From: Vulcanimicrobiota bacterium
GTDB taxonomy: Bacteria > Vulcanimicrobiota > Vulcanimicrobiia > Vulcanimicrobiales > Vulcanimicrobiaceae
NCBI GenBank assembly: GCA_003135555.1
Contig: PLCF01000048.1
Location: 1-21,568, forward strand
Direction: 5' to 3'
Length of the DNA: 21,568 nucleotides
A program made the translations under genes and the position numbers. Of this stretch, positions 16,997 to 21,568 are shown piece after piece. Positions within the stretch are counted from its first letter, which is position 1. Each line of letters starts with the position of its first letter. The notes beneath the pieces are model-generated. The model saw nothing but the letters and a program-made list of their open reading frames with translations. It had not been told where the DNA came from and made no database searches.

Positions 16997-17051
16997 GGAC
17001 CTAGCCTCCTTCACGATAGATTGATCCCGGGGGTTCTGCGAGTGCGGCCGA

Positions 17052-17106
17052 TCACCCGCGCAGCGGGTGACCGCGTCACCCGCGCAGCGGGTGACCGCGT
17101 CACCCG
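17052..17106. repeat. Tandem 24-nt palindromic repeat (2 full copies plus 1 partial)
   Basis: TCACCCGCGCAGCGGGTGACCGCG at 17052-17075 and 17076-17099, then TCACCCG. Confidence 0.9.
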
Positions 17107-17837
17107 TGCGGCGCTTCCCCGTGGGACTCCAAGTACACGTGCCGGGCCGACTGCGCCAACTCCTCGGACGTCGCCGTCCCCACGATGCGCCCGCGTTGCA
17201 TGAGGTACGCGCGCCCGCAGATCCGCGCCGCCAGCCGCAGGTTCTGCTCGACCAGCAGGATCGTGACGCCGCGTTCGGCGAGCCGCGCCAGCGCTCCGAA
17301 GTTCTCCGCACGGACCTTGGGCGCGAGCCCGAGGCTGGGCTCGTCGAGGAGCAACAGCTCGGGCTTCGCCATGAGCGCGCGCCCGATCGCCACCATTTGC
17401 TGCTCGCCGCCCGAGAGCGAGCCGGCGAGCGCGTCGCGCAATCGCACCAGCGCCGGAAACAAGCCGAACACATCATCGAGGTCGGCGGCGAGATCGGCGC
17501 GCTGCGCGCGCCGCGCGTATGCACCCATGAGCAGGTTTTCGCGCACGCTGAGCGGCGCGAAGATCCCGCGCCGCTCGGGGACCAGCGCGACCCGCCGCGA
17601 TGCGAGCCGCTCGGGTGCCATCCCGGTCACGTCTTCGCCGTTGACGCGGATGCGGCCGGACCGGGGCGGGACCAGCCCGGTGATCGAGCCGACCAGGGTC
17701 GTCTTCCCCGCGCCGTTAGGTCCGACGATGGCGACCGTTTCACCACGGCGCACGCTCAGGCTGACGTCCCACAACACCTGCACGCGCCCGCGGACGGTCG
17801 AGATTTTCTCGACCTCGAGGACCGGCGTTTCAGTCAT
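17100..17837 (-). CDS. livF: Liv-type ABC transporter ATP-binding protein
   Basis: GPNGAGKTT, LSGGEQQM, LLLDEPSLGLAP and LVEQN. Start 17837 or 17843. Confidence 0.9.
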   Translation of the reverse strand: MTETPVLEVEKISTVRGRVQVLWDVSLSVRRGETVAIVGPNGAGKTTLVGSITGLVPPRSGRIRVNGEDVTGMAPERLASRRVALVPERRGIFAPLSVRENLLMGAYARRAQRADLAADLDDVFGLFPALVRLRDALAGSLSGGEQQMVAIGRALMAKPELLLLDEPSLGLAPKVRAENFGALARLAERGVTILLVEQNLRLAARICGRAYLMQRGRIVGTATSEELAQSARHVYLESHGEAPHG

Positions 17838-18696
17838 TGTCATCCTGAGCCCCGTCGAAGGATGAACCAGCCGGAGCGTCCAGCTCGTCACCGATGTAGG
17901 CGTCGATCACCAGCGGATCGGTCGCGACGGCTTGCGGAGCACCTTCGGCGATCTTGCGCCCGTGGTCGAGCACCACCACGCGATCGGCGACGGCAAGCAG
18001 CTCCCCGACGGCGTGCTCCACCAACAGCACCGCGACGCCGTCCTCGCGCGCGGCCCGAATCGACGCGATCACGGCGCCGATCTCATCGGGGTTGAGCCCC
18101 GAGAGCGGCTCGTCGAGCAGCAGGACCGTCGGCTCGACCGCGAGTGCGCGCGCGAGTTCCAGCAGCCGTTCCTCGCCGAAGGCCAGCGACTCGGTGAGCC
18201 GATCGGCGGTCGCAGCGATCCCCGCGCGGGTCAGGATCGCATCGGCCGTGTCACGTAAGGCCGTCTCCGCGCGCCGGCGCTGCGCCGCTCCGATCCCGCA
18301 CGGCACGAGCTCGCGGTGCGGCGCGGGCGGATACGTCGCGCCGAACTCGCGCGCTGCCAGGGCGACCTCGATGCTCTCGCGCACCGTGAGCCCCCAGAAC
18401 ATGACGGGTGTTTGGAAGGTTCGCGTGACGCCCAGTGCCGCGACATTCTCCACGGAGCGCCCCGTCAGCGCCGTACCGGCGAGCGATACGCTGCCGGCGG
18501 TGGGCCGTTGCACGCCGCTGATCACGTTGAACAGCGTCGTCTTGCCGGCCCCGTTGGGGCCCATCACGCCGAGCACTTCGCCGGTGCGCGCGACGAAGCT
18601 GACGTCGTCCACCGCGACGACCCCGCCGAAGCGCACCGTCACGCCGGCCACCTCGAGGGTCGCCGTCACGCTGGGGTTTGCGGCCGGCGCGGTCAT
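17830..18696 (-). CDS. livG: Liv-type ABC transporter ATP-binding protein
   Basis: FGGVVAV, GPNGAGKTT, RTFQ, LELARAL, LLDEP and VIDAYIG. ATGA overlap with the livH stop. Confidence 0.9.
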   Translation of the reverse strand: MTAPAANPSVTATLEVAGVTVRFGGVVAVDDVSFVARTGEVLGVMGPNGAGKTTLFNVISGVQRPTAGSVSLAGTALTGRSVENVAALGVTRTFQTPVMFWGLTVRESIEVALAAREFGATYPPAPHRELVPCGIGAAQRRRAETALRDTADAILTRAGIAATADRLTESLAFGEERLLELARALAVEPTVLLLDEPLSGLNPDEIGAVIASIRAAREDGVAVLLVEHAVGELLAVADRVVVLDHGRKIAEGAPQAVATDPLVIDAYIGDELDAPAGSSFDGAQDDND

Positions 18697-19565
18697 GCGC
18701 GCCGCACCGCGCGCCCGAGCAGCCCTTGCGGGCGCAGCACGAGCACCAGCACGAGGATAAAAAAACCGACGCCGTCCTCCCAACCGGTGGAGAGCAGACC
18801 GCCCGCAACCTTCACGATGATCCCCAAGACGAATCCGCCGACGAGCGCACCGGGAAGGCTCTCGAGTCCGCCCAGCACGGCGGCGACGAAACCGGCCAGT
18901 CCGAAGGTGAGGCCCATGTCGAACGTCGCGCTGGTGATCGGCGCGATGACGACGCCGCCGAGTCCGCCGATCGCCGCCGCCACGACGAAACTCCAGAACG
19001 CAAACGTGCGCAGCGGGATGCCGAACGTCGACGCGATCGGCGGGTTCGCGACCGCGGCGCGTACCGCCGTGCCGGTATAGGTGTGCCGGAAGAACAGGTA
19101 GAGCGCACCGAACACCAGCACGTCGGTCAAGAGCACCCACAGCGCTTGCGGCGGCAGCACGCCGCCGAAGATCGTAACGGCGGTACCGCCGCTGAACGCG
19201 TTCAAGCTGAGCGGGTTGGTGCCCCACACGAACAGTCCCAGCCCGCGCAGCGCGACGTCGAGCCCCAGCGTGATGAAGATCAGCGTGACCCCCGTCGCCG
19301 CGCGGGCCGGTCGGATCGCCAGCAGATAGCACAGCGCGCCGGTCACCGCGGCGGCGACGACCGCGATCCCGGCGGCGGCGAGGGTCGGCATCCCGGCGCC
19401 GGCCAGCGAAGCCGCGGTCATCGCACCGATCATCGCGAACTCGCCTTGGGCGAAGTTGATCAACCCCGTGACCTGATAGATGAGCACGAAGCCCGCCGCG
19501 ATGAGCGCGTAGATCGCGCCGACGACGACGCCGGCGAGGATGTACTGCCACACCGATGCCATCAT
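18693..19565 (-). CDS. livH: Liv-type ABC transporter permease
   Basis: GAIYALIAAGFVLIY, INFAQGE, AAVLGG and LRPQGLLG. Confidence 0.9.
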   Translation of the reverse strand: MMASVWQYILAGVVVGAIYALIAAGFVLIYQVTGLINFAQGEFAMIGAMTAASLAGAGMPTLAAAGIAVVAAAVTGALCYLLAIRPARAATGVTLIFITLGLDVALRGLGLFVWGTNPLSLNAFSGGTAVTIFGGVLPPQALWVLLTDVLVFGALYLFFRHTYTGTAVRAAVANPPIASTFGIPLRTFAFWSFVVAAAIGGLGGVVIAPITSATFDMGLTFGLAGFVAAVLGGLESLPGALVGGFVLGIIVKVAGGLLSTGWEDGVGFFILVLVLVLRPQGLLGRAVRRA

Positions 19566-20506
19566 GCGCGGCGCGCCTCGGCGAACCGGCCGGTGATCCC
19601 GCGCGGCAAGTAGATCAGCATCGCGATGAGGATGATCCCGAAGAAGAACGACTGAAAGTCGCCGCGTGCACCGGGCAGCACGAGCGGAACGGTCGCTTGG
19701 AGCATTTGCTTGAGCGCGACGACCGCGGCGGCGCCGACGACCGCGCCCGAGAGGCTGCGAATCCCGCCGATCACCGACATGAGCACGAAGTTCACCGACA
19801 GCAAGAAATCGAACGAGCTGGGATCGATATACGATTGTTGCGACGCGTAGACCGCGCCGGCGACTCCCGCGTACACCGCGCTGAGCACGAACGTCTGGCG
19901 CTTCAAACGCTCCGCGTCGACGCCCAGCGCCTGCGCGCCCAGTTCACCGGCGGAGATCGCGACCAACGAGCGCCCGAAGCTCGACCGCACGAGGTTCCCC
20001 GCGAACCATAGCCCCAGCACGAGCAACGCCCAGGCGAGCACGGCATATGCGCGTTGATCGAAGGTGTACGCCCCCAGCGTGAAACCCGGGATGTCCTTGA
20101 AGCCCGAGGAGCCGCCGATGAACTCCCATTGGTTGAACACGACGTTGATCACGATACCGAGCGCCAGCGTCGCGAGCGCAAGCAGGTTCTCACGCAACCG
20201 CAGTGCGACGAAGCTCAGAACGTAGGCGACGAATGCCGCCAGAAGCGCTCCGGCCAGCATCCCCGCCCACGGCGTGACGTGCAGCTTCACGGCCAACGCC
20301 GCCGACGCGTACGCGCCGATCCCGAAGAACGCCGCTTGCCCCAGCGAGACCTGACCGGCGTATCCCATGAACAGATTGAGCCCGATCGTGACGAGCGCGT
20401 ACAGCCCGATCTGCGTCAACAGCCCCGTGTAGTATGACGGCAGAACCCACACGGCCGCCGCAACGGCGACGAGCAGCACCAATCCGATCCGGCCGTGCAC
20501 CAACAT
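19562..20506 (-). CDS. livM: Liv-type ABC transporter permease
   Basis: GLNLFMGYAGQVSLGQAAFFGIGAY, LALATLA and PRGI. Start may be GTG 20500 behind an AAAGGA RBS. Confidence 0.9.
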   Translation of the reverse strand: MLVHGRIGLVLLVAVAAAVWVLPSYYTGLLTQIGLYALVTIGLNLFMGYAGQVSLGQAAFFGIGAYASAALAVKLHVTPWAGMLAGALLAAFVAYVLSFVALRLRENLLALATLALGIVINVVFNQWEFIGGSSGFKDIPGFTLGAYTFDQRAYAVLAWALLVLGLWFAGNLVRSSFGRSLVAISAGELGAQALGVDAERLKRQTFVLSAVYAGVAGAVYASQQSYIDPSSFDFLLSVNFVLMSVIGGIRSLSGAVVGAAAVVALKQMLQATVPLVLPGARGDFQSFFFGIILIAMLIYLPRGITGRFAEARRA

Positions 20507-20563
20507 CCTTTCACGAGAGCTCGAAGGGAACGCCGCCGGGCGGTTTTCTCCCCGGTTGAGGGC

Positions 20564-21028
20564 TCAATCCCCTGTCCGCGCGCCGTCTCGGCGCCAACGG
20601 TACAGAATGTCGGGTTCGCGCTCCTCGTTTTCGCCGCCGGTCAGGCGCTCGACGACGAAGCCTTGCGCCTCGTAGAAGCGTCGAGCGCTCGCATTACGCT
20701 GGAAGGTCCAGAGGCGCAGCTCCTGGTGTCCGCCCTTGGCTGTGTCGAGCAACGCCGAGCCGATGCCGCGGCGTTGCTGCTCCGGTGCGACGTAGAGATG
20801 GTCCACCCAGCCCGCGCGAAAGGCGCAGAATCCGGCCAACGAGCCGAGCCGCGACGCAACCCACACCTCACACTCCGCGAACACGCGATCGCGGAAAAAC
20901 GCACGATCTTCTTCGGGTGTGTGCAGTTCCGGGAGGATCGAGAGTGCCGTCTCCTTGCTCAGACGAAACAGCGCCGCGACCGCGTCGTTCTCGTCGCGCG
21001 CGGCGCGACGCAGCAGCACGTCTTGCAT
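20564..21028 (-). CDS. GNAT-family N-acetyltransferase
   Basis: HLYVAPEQQRRGIGSALL and LWTFQRNASARRFYEAQGF. ATG 21028 avoids overlap with the divergent MFS gene. Confidence 0.85.
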   Translation of the reverse strand: MQDVLLRRAARDENDAVAALFRLSKETALSILPELHTPEEDRAFFRDRVFAECEVWVASRLGSLAGFCAFRAGWVDHLYVAPEQQRRGIGSALLDTAKGGHQELRLWTFQRNASARRFYEAQGFVVERLTGGENEEREPDILYRWRRDGARTGD

Positions 21029-21083
21029 CGGCGCTCGATTCGCGCGAAAGCGTCCCGGGCCTTGGACGACGAACACCGCTGCC

Positions 21084-21568
21084 GTGACCACCGCTTCCGT
21101 GCCGCGACCCTGGGATCTGCGCGGCGTCTCGTTGATGGCGTTCGCCCACGGTGCGAGCGACCTGTACTCGGGGATTCTGCCGTTCGTGCTCTTCTACGAC
21201 GTCGCGCGCGCGGGGCTGCCGGTATGGTGGCAAGGCGCGCTCGCGTTCGTTTGGTACCTGACGAGCTCGATCGCGCAGCCACTCGTCGGCGCGTACAGCG
21301 ACCGCCGCGGCCGGTGGTGGTTCTTGCCGGCATCGGTCGCGCTCACCGCGATCGCGGTGTCGGCGACGCCCGCCGCGTCGTCGATCGCACTGCTGCTCCC
21401 GCTCCTGCTGCTCGGTGGCTTCGGCTCGGCGGTCATGCATCCCGAGGCCGGGCGGTATTCGACGTTATTGGGCGGTTCCAAGCGCGCCTCGGCGATCTCG
21501 ATCTATCAGATCGGCGGCCAAGTCGGCTACGGTCTGGGCCCGCTCGTCGCCGCGGTGCTGCTCGCGCA
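21084..21568 (+). CDS. MFS transporter, Fsr-like (partial, runs off the window)
   Basis: Absent from the ORF track because it has no stop. Manual translation gives AHGASDLYSGILP, SSIAQPLVGAYSDRRG, GFGSAVMHPEA and SIYQIGGQVGYGLGP. Confidence 0.85.
   Translation, partial: MTTASVPRPWDLRGVSLMAFAHGASDLYSGILPFVLFYDVARAGLPVWWQGALAFVWYLTSSIAQPLVGAYSDRRGRWWFLPASVALTAIAVSATPAASSIALLLPLLLLGGFGSAVMHPEAGRYSTLLGGSKRASAISIYQIGGQVGYGLGPLVAAVLLA

Noticed and set aside
16997..17524. N-terminal extension of the SBP (565-aa ORF) containing GDAVTRCA repeats
   Set aside because: It overlaps livF out of frame, the AAGGAGG RBS and signal peptide define the start at 16996, and the peptide repeat just reflects the DNA tandem repeat.
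18697..19551. 573-aa permease-ATPase fusion
   Set aside because: The extension is Arg-rich off-frame translation of livH; livG starts at 18696 with an ATGA overlap.

Overview
GC-rich bacterial window, densely coding, with no rRNA, tRNA, CRISPR or mobile element visible. From left to right: an orphan lipoprotein; a paaF-paaG-GNAT-panE-panB run followed by a secreted DUF4189-like protein and a family-3 solute-binding protein; a PaaJ/PcaF-like thiolase; an FAD oxidoreductase with a YoaK-like membrane protein; a small membrane protein; an Ldh_2-family dehydrogenase; a two-gene peptide/oxygenase cassette; a minus-strand Liv-type ABC transporter operon continuing into 2-oxoacid dehydrogenase genes; a GNAT; and the start of an Fsr-like MFS gene. 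Two systems stand out. (1) A 64-aa peptide with a leader-like N-terminus and three identical PDDQGRDD cores separated by polyproline lies 6 nt upstream of a JmjC/RoxA-type Fe(II)/2OG oxygenase, a candidate multi-core RiPP-like system. (2) The 2-oxoacid dehydrogenase is atypical: E1-beta is fused to a shortened E2 domain that keeps the catalytic His but has lost the Ser/Thr, while the separate lipoyl-E2 keeps the Thr but has lost the His and the subunit-binding domain. This suggests a heteromeric E2 core with a split active site. All calls come from motif recognition by eye; no searches were run.
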